Assembly (NCBI GenBank): GCA_002347645.1
Contig: DDYF01000060.1
Location: 38,663-102,662, forward strand
Direction: 5' to 3'
Source of the DNA: Thermoleophilia bacterium UBA2241
GTDB lineage: Bacteria > Actinomycetota > Thermoleophilia > UBA2241
Length of the DNA stretch: 64,000 nt
Shown here: in pieces, positions 28,103-37,553 of the stretch
How the letters are laid out: every line of letters starts with the position of its first letter
Numbering within the stretch: position 1 is the stretch's first letter
The notes under the pieces: generated by a model
Seen by the model: only the letters and a program-made list of their open reading frames with translations
Database searches by the model: none
Told to the model about the DNA's origin: nothing
Translations under genes and position numbers: made by a program

Positions 28103-29422
28103 ATGCGCAACGTAGGTATCCGCAGGGAGGACAAGGACGTCTGGGAGGCCCGCGTCCCGCTCGTTCCCGGCGACGTGAAGGATCTGATCGCGCGCGGCGA
28201 CGTGGCGGTCGCTGTGCAGCCGTCGGCGCAGCGCGTGTTCGCCGACCGCGAGTTCGCCGGCGCCGGCGCTGCCGTCGCCGAAGATCTCGGCGACTGCGAC
28301 ATCGTGCTCGCCGTCAAGGAGATCCCTGTCGACTTCTTCCGGGCTGGCAAGACGTACGTCTTCTTCTCGCACACGATCAAGGGGCAGCCGTACAACATGG
28401 CGATGCTGCGCCGCATGATGGAGCTCGGCTGCCAGCTTCTCGACTACGAGCGTATCGTCGACGAGCGCAACGCACGCCTCATCTCGTTCTCGCGCTTCGC
28501 CGGCCTTGCGGGCGCCGTCGACACGCTCTGGGCGCTGGGCCGGCGCCTCGAGTGGGAGGGTCTGTCGCCGAACCCGTTCGCCGAGCTGGAGCAGACGTAC
28601 ACCTACGGCACGCTCGACGGCGCGCTCGACGCGGTCGCCCGGTGCGAAGAGCGCCTCGCGGCCCACGGCGCGCCCGAGGCGCTCGGCCCCCTGGTGATCG
28701 GCGTGGCTGGTGACGGGCGCGTCTCACGCGGCGCCCAGGAGGTCATCGCCGCGCTCGATCCCCTGGTGGTGGCGCCGGACGAGCTCGAGACGGTCGCCGC
28801 CGGTCGGCCCTCGGGTCGCCGGGCGTACGAGGTCGTCTTTCGCGAAGAGGACATGGTCGCGCGGAAGCCGGAGGAGCCCTCGGCCGCCGGCGCCTTCGAC
28901 GTCCGCGACTACTACGAGCACCCGGAGCGCTACGCAGGCAGGTTCGCGCGCTTCCTGCCCATGCTGCCGGTCCTGATCAACGCGATCTACTGGGAGGAGC
29001 GCTACCCGCGCCTGGTCACCAAGGCCGACGCGCGCGCTCTCTGGGCGGGTGGCGCGCGCCCGCGCCTGACGGTGATCGGCGACGTGAGCTGCGACATCGG
29101 CGGCTCCGTCGAGCTCACCGTCAAGGAGACGCACGTCGGTGACCCCGTCTACGTGTACGACCCGCTCACGGACGAGGTCCACGACGGGTTCGCCGGCCGG
29201 GGCCCGGTCGTCCTCGCCGTCGGCAACCTGCCCTGCGAGCTGCCGCGCGACGCCTCCGAGACCTTCAGCTCGGTGCTCGCCACTTTCATGCCGGCGCTCG
29301 TCGCCGCCGACTTCTCGGCTCTCTTCGACGAGCTCGCCCTGCCGGACGAGCTCAGGAGGGCGCTGATCCTGCACCACGGCGAGCTCACACCGGACTACGC
29401 CTACTTGAGGAGCTTCGTATGA
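28103..29422 (+). CDS. lysine-ketoglutarate reductase / saccharopine dehydrogenase (L-lysine-forming), AlaDH/PNT fold, LKR-domain-like
   Basis: GIRREDKDVWEARVPLVP, KTYVFFSHTIKGQPYNM, EHPERYAGRF, INAIYWEERYPRLV, CDIGGSVE, GNLPCELP, all matching the LKR half of eukaryotic AASS. Confidence 0.75.
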   Translation: MRNVGIRREDKDVWEARVPLVPGDVKDLIARGDVAVAVQPSAQRVFADREFAGAGAAVAEDLGDCDIVLAVKEIPVDFFRAGKTYVFFSHTIKGQPYNMAMLRRMMELGCQLLDYERIVDERNARLISFSRFAGLAGAVDTLWALGRRLEWEGLSPNPFAELEQTYTYGTLDGALDAVARCEERLAAHGAPEALGPLVIGVAGDGRVSRGAQEVIAALDPLVVAPDELETVAAGRPSGRRAYEVVFREEDMVARKPEEPSAAGAFDVRDYYEHPERYAGRFARFLPMLPVLINAIYWEERYPRLVTKADARALWAGGARPRLTVIGDVSCDIGGSVELTVKETHVGDPVYVYDPLTDEVHDGFAGRGPVVLAVGNLPCELPRDASETFSSVLATFMPALVAADFSALFDELALPDELRRALILHHGELTPDYAYLRSFV

Positions 29423-30798
29423 AGAGGGTTCTCGTGCTCGGCGCGGGCATGGTCGCGCGCCCGCTCGTCTCCTGCCTGCTGGCGCGCGACGACCTTGAAG
29501 TCACCGTGGCCGACGTCGACAGTGGGCGGGCGGCCGCGCTGACTGCCGGCGCTCCCCGCGGCCGCGGGGTCGCGCTCGACGCCCGCGACACGGCGGCGGT
29601 GGGCGCGCTGCTGGACGACTGCGACCTGCTGGTGAGCCTGCTGCCGCCTGAGTTCGAGCCCGCGGTCACGCGGCTCGCCGTGGCCCGACGCAGGAGCATG
29701 GTGAGCGCGTCGCCGCGCGGCGAGGCCGGGATGGACGCGCTCGCCGGCGAGGCACACGCCGCCGGCATCGCGCTCATGCCCGAGGTTGGCCTGGATCCGG
29801 GTCTCGACCACATGGCGATCGCCCGCATGGTCGCGCGCGTGAGGGCGCGCGGCGGCCGGGTGCTGTCCTGCCGCTCCTACTGCGGCGGGCTTCCCGCGCC
29901 CGAGGCGAACACCAACTGCTGGGACTACAAGTTCTCCTGGAACCCCAAGGGCGCGGTGGAGGCCTCGCTCTTCGACGCCCGCTATCTGCGTGACGGGCGC
30001 GAGGTCTACGTCCCCAACACGGAGCTCTTCACGAAGCACTGGCTGGTCCCGATCCCCGGCTTCGACGAGCTCGAGGCGCACTTCAACGGCGACTCACTGC
30101 CGTACGTGGGCATCTACGGTCTGGACGGCGTGCGCGACCTCGTGCGCGCCACGCTGCGCTACCCGGGCTGGGCGTTCACGATGCGCCAGGTGCAGAAGCT
30201 CGCCTACAACTCGACCACCGAGCTGCCGGACGCCCCGGCGACGTACGCCGCCCTCACGCGCCGGCTCGCCGGCCTCGCCGAGGGCGAGGACCTGGTCACC
30301 GGCCTGGCCCGCGTGCTCGACGTCGACGCGCAGTCGGCGGTGATCGAGCGCCTCGTCTGGCTGGGTCTCACCGCCGACGACCCCATCGTCTGGAGCGACG
30401 GCCAGGAGCGCACGCCGCTCATGGCGCTCGCGGAGCGGATGTTCGAGAAGATGATGTTCGCCCCGGGCGAGCGCGACCTCTCGGTGCTGCACAACGAGGT
30501 CGTCGCGGCGCTCCCGGCCGGCGGATGCGAGCGCTCGACGGCGACGCTCGTCGCGTACGGCGACCCCGGCGGCGACTCGTCCATGGCGCTCACCGTCGGC
30601 ACCCCCGCGGCGATCGCCGCCACGTTGCTGCTCGACGGCCGGATCCCCGAGACGGGCCTGGTGATGCCCGTCAAGCCCCACATCTACGAACCGATCCTCG
30701 ATGCGATGGCCGCCCGGGGCGTCGTGTTCGACGAGCGGACGGAGCCGCTGCCCGTCTCCGGCAGCGGCTCCGCGTCCGCACAGGAGGCGATGTCATGA
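29419..30798 (+). CDS. saccharopine dehydrogenase (L-glutamate-forming) family protein, paralog A
   Basis: VLVLGAGMVARP Rossmann, GLDPGLDHM, SYCGGLPAPE, YKFSWNP; ATGA overlap with LKR stop. Confidence 0.75.
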   Translation: MKRVLVLGAGMVARPLVSCLLARDDLEVTVADVDSGRAAALTAGAPRGRGVALDARDTAAVGALLDDCDLLVSLLPPEFEPAVTRLAVARRRSMVSASPRGEAGMDALAGEAHAAGIALMPEVGLDPGLDHMAIARMVARVRARGGRVLSCRSYCGGLPAPEANTNCWDYKFSWNPKGAVEASLFDARYLRDGREVYVPNTELFTKHWLVPIPGFDELEAHFNGDSLPYVGIYGLDGVRDLVRATLRYPGWAFTMRQVQKLAYNSTTELPDAPATYAALTRRLAGLAEGEDLVTGLARVLDVDAQSAVIERLVWLGLTADDPIVWSDGQERTPLMALAERMFEKMMFAPGERDLSVLHNEVVAALPAGGCERSTATLVAYGDPGGDSSMALTVGTPAAIAATLLLDGRIPETGLVMPVKPHIYEPILDAMAARGVVFDERTEPLPVSGSGSASAQEAMS

Positions 30799-32129
30799 AG
30801 AAGGTCCTGGTCCTCGGCGCGGGCATGGTGTCGCGCCCGCTGGTGCGGTACCTGCTCGACCACGGGGGCATCGAGGTCACGGTCGCCACGCGGACCGTTG
30901 CCAAGGCGCAGGCGGTGCTCGAAGGGCACGAGCGCGGAGCGGCCGTCGCCCTCGACGCGCGCGACGACGAGCGGGTACGCCGCCTCGTCGCGGCGGCCGA
31001 CCTGACCGTGAGCCTGCTGCCGCCGGCGATGCACGTCGCCGTCGCGAAGCACGCCCTCGAGGCGCGGCGGCACTTCCTGACGACCTCGTACGTGAGTCCG
31101 GAGATGAAGGCGCTGGACGGCGCCGTGCGCGAGGCGGGCCTCACCTTCCTGAACGAGGTCGGTCTCGACCCCGGCATCGACCACATGTCTGCTCTGCGCA
31201 TCATCCACGGCATCCAGGGCCGTGGCGGCAAGGTCGTCTCGTTCCGCTCCTACTGCGGCGCGCTGCCGGCGCCCGAGGCCGACACCAACCCGTGGGGCTA
31301 CAAGTTCTCCTGGGCACCGCGAGGGGTGATCCTCGCGGGGCGCAACAGCGCGCGCTACCTCGAGGACGGCGAGGAGCGGACGCTCCCCGGCGAGCGTCTC
31401 TTCTCGCGCCACTGGCTGGTCGACGTGAAGGGCTTCGGCGAGTTCGAGGCCTACTACAACCGCGACTCCATGCCCTACGTCGAGACGTATGGGCTGGCCG
31501 GCGTGCGCGACATGTTCCGCGCCACCCTGCGGTACCCCGGGTGGAGCCACACCATGCAGAAGCTCGCCGACCTGGGGTACTTCGACCTCGGCGACCTCGC
31601 TGAACCTCCCGTCACGTACGCCGGTCTGACCGCGCTGCTGGCTCAGGTGGCGGCCGGCGACGACCTGGCCGCGAGGGTGGCCGAGGTCCTCGACGTCGAC
31701 CCGTCGTCGGAGGCGATCACGCGCATGTCGTGGCTCGGCCTGCTCACCGGCGACCCGATCCCGTGGGACGACCTCCCGACCCGTTCGCCGCTCGACGCGC
31801 TCGCCTCGCGCATGCTCGCGTTGATGCCGCTCGAGAAGGGCGAACGCGACCTCTGCGTCATGCAGCACGAGATCATCGGCGAGTACGCCTCCGGGACGCG
31901 CGAGACGGTCACGTCGACCCTCGTGTCCTTCGGCGAACCGGACGGCGATTCGGCCATCGCGCGGACCGTCGGGCTGCCGGCCGCGATCGGCGCAGCGATG
32001 GTCCTCGACGGCCGCATCGACGAGCCCGGCGTCTTGATCCCGGTCGCCCCGGCGGTCTACGACCCCATCCTCGACGAGCTCGCCGCCTCCGCCGGGGTGG
32101 TCTTTCGCGAGCGCGCCACCGTGGTCTGA
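30795..32129 (+). CDS. saccharopine dehydrogenase (L-glutamate-forming) family protein, paralog B
   Basis: Same motif set (GLDPGIDHM, SYCGALPAPE, YKFSWAP, TLRYPGW); ATGA overlap with paralog A. Confidence 0.75.
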   Translation: MKKVLVLGAGMVSRPLVRYLLDHGGIEVTVATRTVAKAQAVLEGHERGAAVALDARDDERVRRLVAAADLTVSLLPPAMHVAVAKHALEARRHFLTTSYVSPEMKALDGAVREAGLTFLNEVGLDPGIDHMSALRIIHGIQGRGGKVVSFRSYCGALPAPEADTNPWGYKFSWAPRGVILAGRNSARYLEDGEERTLPGERLFSRHWLVDVKGFGEFEAYYNRDSMPYVETYGLAGVRDMFRATLRYPGWSHTMQKLADLGYFDLGDLAEPPVTYAGLTALLAQVAAGDDLAARVAEVLDVDPSSEAITRMSWLGLLTGDPIPWDDLPTRSPLDALASRMLALMPLEKGERDLCVMQHEIIGEYASGTRETVTSTLVSFGEPDGDSAIARTVGLPAAIGAAMVLDGRIDEPGVLIPVAPAVYDPILDELAASAGVVFRERATVV

Positions 32130-32210
32130 CCAGGGCGCGGTGGTACAATCACCTGCCGCGCGCGGCCGCGGCGTGTGCCGCGGGGCCGCCCCGGCGCGAC
32201 GAGAGCACGG

Positions 32211-32285
32211 TGGGGCGTAGCCAAGTGGTAAGGCACCGGGTTTTGGTCCCGGCATCCGGAGGTTCGAATCCTCCCGCCCCAGCCA
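32211..32285 (+). tRNA. tRNA-Gln (anticodon TTG), CCA encoded
   Basis: Cloverleaf: acceptor TGGGGCG/CGCCCCA, anticodon stem CCGGG/CCCGG with loop TTTTGGT, T-arm GGAGG-TTCGAAT-CCTCC. Confidence 0.85.
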
Positions 32286-32331
32286 CCGCCCTCGCCGCGC
32301 ACACACTCTGGGCAACGACACAGGTGGGCAC

Positions 32332-33753
32332 ATGGCCGACGAGGTGAGCACCGAGTCCAGCAGGTTGGCGATCGTCATCCTCGCCGCGGGCCTCGGCACG
32401 CGGATGAAGTCGGACGTGCCCAAGGTGCTGCACGAGGTGTGTGGCCGGCCGATGCTCGCCTATGTCATGGACGCAGCTCTCGGCCTCTCACCCGAGCGTA
32501 TCGTGGTTGTCACCGGCCCCGAGCAGGACGCCATCCCCGAGATCCTTCCCTCGGGCTGCGAGCGCGCCATCCAGACGGAGCGTCGCGGTACCGGCGACGC
32601 CGTGCGTGCCGGCCTCGAACCTCTGGTCGGCTTCGCCGGTGACGTCGTCGTTCTCATGGGCGACGCGCCGCTCGTCGACGGGCCGTTCGTGAGCGGCCTC
32701 GTCGCCGCCCACCGCGCGGCGGGTTCGCGCGCGACTGTGGCCACGGCCGTCCTCGACGAGCCGGGGCACTACGGGCGTGTGGTCCGTGCCGCCGGCGGGG
32801 GTGTCGAGCGCATCGTCGAGGCGCGCGACACGTCGCCCGACGAGCTCGCGCTCACCGAGGTGAACACCGGCTTCTACGTGTTCGACGCGACGCTCCTTCG
32901 CGGCATCCTGCCGCGCCTGCGGCCCGACAACACCCAGGGCGAGCTCTACCTCACCGACGCCGTGCACCTGGCGATCGCCGACGGGGTGCCGGTGACGGGC
33001 TTCGTCGTCGCCGACGCCGAGGTGATGCTGGCCATCAACTCCCGGGTGGAGCTGGCCGACGTGAACGCGATCATGCGCCGGCGCCTGCTCAGGCGACTGA
33101 TGCTCGCCGGCGTCACCGTCGAGGACCCGCAGACCACCTACGTCGACTGGGGCGTCGAGGTGGGGCGCGACACCGTCGTGCTGGCCGACACACACCTGCT
33201 GGGGCGCACGACGGTCGGCGCGGCGTGTGAGATCGGCCCCGGTTCCTTCCTGCGCAACGCGTTCGTCGGTGACCGGGCGAGCGTGGCGCGCTCGCACCTC
33301 GTGGACTGCGTGGTCGGCTCGGGCTGCTCGGTCGGCCCGTTCGCCTCGATCCGTCCCAACACGGTGCTGGCCGAGGGCGCCCGTGCGGGTACCTTCGTCG
33401 AGATCAAGAACAGCCGTATCGGCGAGGGGAGCAGGGTGCCGCACCTGAGCTACGTCGGCGACGCCGTCGTGGGCCGCAACAGCAACATCGCGGCGGGCAA
33501 CATCACCGCCAACTACGACGGCGACGAGAAGCACCCGACGACGATCGGCAACGACGTGCGCACCGGAAGCGACACGACCTTCGTGGCGCCGGTCACCGTC
33601 GGCGACGGCGCCTACACGGCGGCCGGCTCGGTGATCACCGAGGACATCCCGGCGGGCGCGCTCGGCGTAGCGCGTGCCCGGCAGCAGAATCTGCCGGGGT
33701 ACGCCCAGCGCCGTAGCGCCCGCCACCGGGAGCCGCAGGAAGGGCAGAGCTGA
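32332..33753 (+). CDS. glmU: bifunctional UDP-GlcNAc pyrophosphorylase / GlcN-1-P N-acetyltransferase
   Basis: LAAGLGTRMKSDVPKVLH, C-terminal left-handed beta-helix hexapeptide repeats. Confidence 0.9.
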   Translation: MADEVSTESSRLAIVILAAGLGTRMKSDVPKVLHEVCGRPMLAYVMDAALGLSPERIVVVTGPEQDAIPEILPSGCERAIQTERRGTGDAVRAGLEPLVGFAGDVVVLMGDAPLVDGPFVSGLVAAHRAAGSRATVATAVLDEPGHYGRVVRAAGGGVERIVEARDTSPDELALTEVNTGFYVFDATLLRGILPRLRPDNTQGELYLTDAVHLAIADGVPVTGFVVADAEVMLAINSRVELADVNAIMRRRLLRRLMLAGVTVEDPQTTYVDWGVEVGRDTVVLADTHLLGRTTVGAACEIGPGSFLRNAFVGDRASVARSHLVDCVVGSGCSVGPFASIRPNTVLAEGARAGTFVEIKNSRIGEGSRVPHLSYVGDAVVGRNSNIAAGNITANYDGDEKHPTTIGNDVRTGSDTTFVAPVTVGDGAYTAAGSVITEDIPAGALGVARARQQNLPGYAQRRSARHREPQEGQS

Positions 33754-33826
33754 GCCCGGGCCGGCGCCGTCGCTCCCTCTGGTAAACTCACCTTTCGGTC
33801 GTCGTAACGTCGAGGAAGGGATAACC

Positions 33827-34822
33827 GTGGCCGACTCGTCCTGCTGCGTCATCGCCACCCAGAAGCGGCTCATGCTCGTCGCGGGGCGCAGCAACCCGGC
33901 GCTCGCCGAGAAGATCGCCGACAAGCTCGACATCACGCTGGGCAAGGTGCTGCTCAAGACGTTCGCCAACGGCGAGATCTACGCGCGCTACGAAGAGAAC
34001 ATCCGTGGCGCCGACCTCTTCATCGTCCAGTCGCCGTCAGACCGCCTGAACGACGAGGTCATGGAGCTCCTCATCCTCATCCAGGCCGCCAAGCTGGCCT
34101 CGGCGAGGCGCGTGACGGCCGTCACGCCGTACTACCCGTACGCGCGCCAAGACAAGAAGAGCGCCGCTCGCGAGCCCATCACGGCGCGCCTCATGGCGAC
34201 CCTGCTCGAGGCGGCCGGCGCCGACCGCGTCCTGACCATGGACCTGCACCAGGGGCAGATCCAGGGCTTCTTCGAGATCCCGGTCGACCACATGACGGCG
34301 GTGCCCATGCTCGCCGATTACTTCCGCTTCAAGGGCTTCGACCCCGCCGACCTCGTGGGCGTCTCCGCCGACGCCGGCGGCGTGAAGCTCGTCAAGCGCT
34401 TCATCAACCACCTGCCGGGCGCCGACCTCGCCGTTCTCACCAAGATGCGTCCCGAGCACAACCGCGCCGAGACGATGCACTTCATCGGCAACGTACAGGG
34501 CAAGGTCGCGATCGTGGTGGACGACATGATCGATACCGCCGGGTCGATCACCAACGCCGTCGACACGCTGTACCAGAACGGCGCCCGCGAGGTCTACGTC
34601 GTCGCGACCCACGGCATCTTCAGCCCCCCGGCGCTCGAGCGTATCGCGGCCTCGCCGGTCAAGGAGGTCGTCGTCACCGACACGCTGACCGTCGAGCTCG
34701 GCCCCGCGGACGACAAGATCAAGATCCTCAGCGTCGCCGACACGCTCGCGGCGACCATCCGGAACGTGTTCGAGGACAAGTCGGTGAGCGAGCTGTTCGC
34801 CGGCGAGAACCAGCTCTTCTAG
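33827..34822 (+). CDS. prs: ribose-phosphate pyrophosphokinase
   Basis: GTG start with GAGGAAGGG RBS; PRPP-binding VDDMIDTAGS, glmU-prs synteny. Confidence 0.88.
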   Translation: MADSSCCVIATQKRLMLVAGRSNPALAEKIADKLDITLGKVLLKTFANGEIYARYEENIRGADLFIVQSPSDRLNDEVMELLILIQAAKLASARRVTAVTPYYPYARQDKKSAAREPITARLMATLLEAAGADRVLTMDLHQGQIQGFFEIPVDHMTAVPMLADYFRFKGFDPADLVGVSADAGGVKLVKRFINHLPGADLAVLTKMRPEHNRAETMHFIGNVQGKVAIVVDDMIDTAGSITNAVDTLYQNGAREVYVVATHGIFSPPALERIAASPVKEVVVTDTLTVELGPADDKIKILSVADTLAATIRNVFEDKSVSELFAGENQLF

Positions 34823-34834
34823 CAGGAGACCACC

Positions 34835-35500
34835 ATGGAGAAAGTCAAGCTCGTCGTGCAGCACCGCGAGGCGGCCGGCAGCCGCGCCGCCCGCAGGCTG
34901 CGCCGTGAGGGCCGCATCCCCGGCGTCATGTACGGGTACGGCAAGCCCGCGACGCTGCTCTCGGTCGAGCCGACCGCGCTGCGCGCGGCGCTCTCGACCG
35001 GCGCCGGCACTCACGCCGTCCTCGAGGTCGTCTTCGAGGACCAGAAGAAGGTCCATCGCGCCATCGTCAAGGAGATGGAGCTCGACCGCGTCAAGCACAC
35101 GGTGACGCACATCGACCTCGAGGAGGTCCGCCTCGACGAGGTCATCGAGACCAAGGTCGCGGTGCACTTCGAGGGCCTGGCCAAGGGTGTGAAGATGGGC
35201 GGCATGGTCGACGAGACGACGCGCGAGGTCACCCTCAAGGGGATCGTCACGAGCATCCCCGAGCACCTGGTGGTGGACATCAGCGAGCTGGGTATCGGTG
35301 ACGCCGCGCACGTCGGCGACCTGCAGGTCCCCGAAGGGCTCGAGGTGCTGGACGATCCCGAGACCGTGCTCTGCAGCGTCCTGCTGCCGCGTAAGGCCGA
35401 GGTCGAGGAAGAGGCCGAGGAGGGCGTCGAGGAGGCGGCCGAAGAGGCGCCTGCCGAGCCCGAGGTCATCTCGAAGCACAAGGAAGAAGAAGAGGACTGA
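34835..35500 (+). CDS. rplY: 50S ribosomal protein L25 / general stress protein Ctc, acidic C-terminal tail
   Basis: L25 beta-barrel N-domain plus Ctc-type C-domain; prs-ctc-pth synteny. Confidence 0.85.
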   Translation: MEKVKLVVQHREAAGSRAARRLRREGRIPGVMYGYGKPATLLSVEPTALRAALSTGAGTHAVLEVVFEDQKKVHRAIVKEMELDRVKHTVTHIDLEEVRLDEVIETKVAVHFEGLAKGVKMGGMVDETTREVTLKGIVTSIPEHLVVDISELGIGDAAHVGDLQVPEGLEVLDDPETVLCSVLLPRKAEVEEEAEEGVEEAAEEAPAEPEVISKHKEEEED

Positions 35501-35506
35501 GGCGTG

Positions 35507-35545
35507 GCGCGGGGCCGGCCGGGCGTGCGCCGGCCGGCCCCGCGC
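35507..35545 (+). terminator. stem-loop terminator after rplY
   Basis: GCGCGGGGCCGGCCGG-gcgtgcg-CCGGCCGGCCCCGCGC, 16-bp perfect stem, followed by CGCCTTTGCC. Confidence 0.6.
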
Positions 35546-35587
35546 CGCCTTTGCCCGCCTCTCGCCCCGACTACCACGTCACACCTC

Positions 35588-36181
35588 ATGGCCCTCCGTT
35601 CGCAGCCTCACAGGCACGCCGACCTCCTCGTCGTCGGCCTGGGCAATCCCGGACCGGCGTACGAGAACACGCGGCACAACGCCGGCTACCTGGTCGTGCA
35701 CGAGCTGGCGCGCCGGCACGGCGTCCCACGCGCGAAGCGCGGCTACGAGGGGCGCTTCGCGATGGGCCGCATCGCCGGCCGGGACGTCGCCCTGCTGCAG
35801 CCGACCACGTGGATGAACGACTCGGGCCGCAGCGTGGCCGCCGCCCTGCGTGCGCTCAAGCTGCCGCTCGAAAGATTGCTGGTCGTACACGACCACATCG
35901 ACCTGCCGTTCGGCAGGCTGCGCCTCGCGCCCGGCGGCGGCTCCGGCGGGCACAACGGCCTCAAGAGCGTCATGGGGCTGATCGGCGCCGACTTCCACCG
36001 CCTGCGGGTGGGCGTCGACCGCCCCGCGAGCTACGACCCGGACGTCGTCGCCGACTACGTCACGGCGCCCTTTGCCGAGAGCCGGACGGAGGTCGAGGAG
36101 CTGGTCGCGCGCGCGACGGACGCCGTGGAGCTCTGGATAGAGCTCGGCATGGACGAGGCCGCGACCCGGGTCAACGGCTGA
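35588..36181 (+). CDS. pth: peptidyl-tRNA hydrolase
   Basis: LLVVGLGNPGPAYENTRHNAGY, GGHNGLKS. Confidence 0.9.
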   Translation: MALRSQPHRHADLLVVGLGNPGPAYENTRHNAGYLVVHELARRHGVPRAKRGYEGRFAMGRIAGRDVALLQPTTWMNDSGRSVAAALRALKLPLERLLVVHDHIDLPFGRLRLAPGGGSGGHNGLKSVMGLIGADFHRLRVGVDRPASYDPDVVADYVTAPFAESRTEVEELVARATDAVELWIELGMDEAATRVNG

Positions 36182-36215
36182 CGCGGCGACCCTGCGGCCC
36201 TGCGGCGCGGGCCTC

Positions 36216-37553
36216 CTACAGGCCCGACTTGGCCAACGCCACCGCGATGCGGTCCTGGGCGCGGTGCGCGTACCAGGTGTTGACGGCGTCGCCGTTCATG
36301 AGCATGGCGACGATCACCCTGTGACCGGCCGCGCTCGTGACGTATCCGGAGAGGTTGCTGGCGATACGCAGGTGCCCCGTCTTGCCGCGGAAGTTGCCCT
36401 CGGCCGCGGTGTTGCGCATGCGCTTCTTGAGTGTGCCGTCACGGCCGGCGATGGTGAGCGAACGATAGAAGGAGTCGTAGTCTCCGCGCGCGGTCATGAC
36501 GCGCAGGAGCTTGACGATGCCTGCCGCCGACAGCCGGTTCTGGTAGCTCAGGCCCGAGCCGTCGGCGAGGCGGAACATCTCGTCGGTGAGCCCGAAGGCC
36601 CGCATGGTCGCGCGCGAGACGCGGAGGCCTGCGGCCGTGGTGCCTGCGGCGCGGAAGTCTTTGCCGAGGCCCTTCACCAGCGTCTCGGCGAAGAAGTTGT
36701 CGCTCTGCTTGTTCAGCGTCTTGAGCAGGGTCTTGAGCGGCGCCGACTCGACGGTGACCGTGAGGTACGCCCCGTCGGGCACGGCGCCGCGGCGCGCCCC
36801 GCCGGTGACCTCGATGCCGGCGTCTTCGAGCGCGTCGAGGAGCCGCCGCGCCGCGTAGCGCGCGGGATTGTCGACGCGCTCGCCGTTGCGCAGACCCTCG
36901 TTGACGGAGAGCGCCGAGAGCGGGCCGCAGTCGTCCTTAAGACCCGGCTTCCAGCTCGAGACGGTACGGCGGTCATCGAACCACGTGTCGTCGCCCACGA
37001 CGCGTCCCACGATCTTCGTGACCCCGATCGCCTTGAGGTGGGCCACGAACGTGAGCGGCGAGGCCGTCCTGATGTGCAGGCGGTTCTTCTGGAAGGCCGG
37101 CATGGAGAGGCTGGGGTCGCCGTAGCCCTTGACGTAGATGCTGCCCCGCACGACGCCGATGTCGAAGGGCTGGCTCGCATACCTCGCCGGCAAGTAGAGC
37201 TCGGTCTTGAAACGGTGGTCGGGCCCCCAGCGGAACAGAGCCGTGGTGGCCGTGACGAGCTTCATGTTGGAGGCCGGGGCGAGGAGCGTCCTCGTGTTGC
37301 GCGCGTACGTGGGCCGGCGGGCGCCGTCGGTCCAGACCGAGACGGCGGTGCGCGCGCCGCCGAACCCGTTGTCGGTGAGGATGCCGGTGATACGCGCGCC
37401 GATGCCGGCGTGGGCCGGCGCGACCGCGCCGGCCCACGCCGGAGCGATGACGGCCAGCGTGAGGGCGACGAGCAGGACGAGTCGCGTGAGGGTGAGCCGG
37501 CGAAGGTGGCGCATGCGCATACCTTCGCCCTCGTGCCCGCGAGGCCTGCTCAT
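36216..37553 (-). CDS. D-alanyl-D-alanine carboxypeptidase/endopeptidase, PBP4 (peptidase S13) family, secreted
   Basis: SxxK ASNMK, SDN KQSDNF, KTG GKTGHL, DGSGLS; signal peptide after M12 (alternative start 37520). Confidence 0.8.
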   Translation of the reverse strand: MSRPRGHEGEGMRMRHLRRLTLTRLVLLVALTLAVIAPAWAGAVAPAHAGIGARITGILTDNGFGGARTAVSVWTDGARRPTYARNTRTLLAPASNMKLVTATTALFRWGPDHRFKTELYLPARYASQPFDIGVVRGSIYVKGYGDPSLSMPAFQKNRLHIRTASPLTFVAHLKAIGVTKIVGRVVGDDTWFDDRRTVSSWKPGLKDDCGPLSALSVNEGLRNGERVDNPARYAARRLLDALEDAGIEVTGGARRGAVPDGAYLTVTVESAPLKTLLKTLNKQSDNFFAETLVKGLGKDFRAAGTTAAGLRVSRATMRAFGLTDEMFRLADGSGLSYQNRLSAAGIVKLLRVMTARGDYDSFYRSLTIAGRDGTLKKRMRNTAAEGNFRGKTGHLRIASNLSGYVTSAAGHRVIVAMLMNGDAVNTWYAHRAQDRIAVALAKSGL

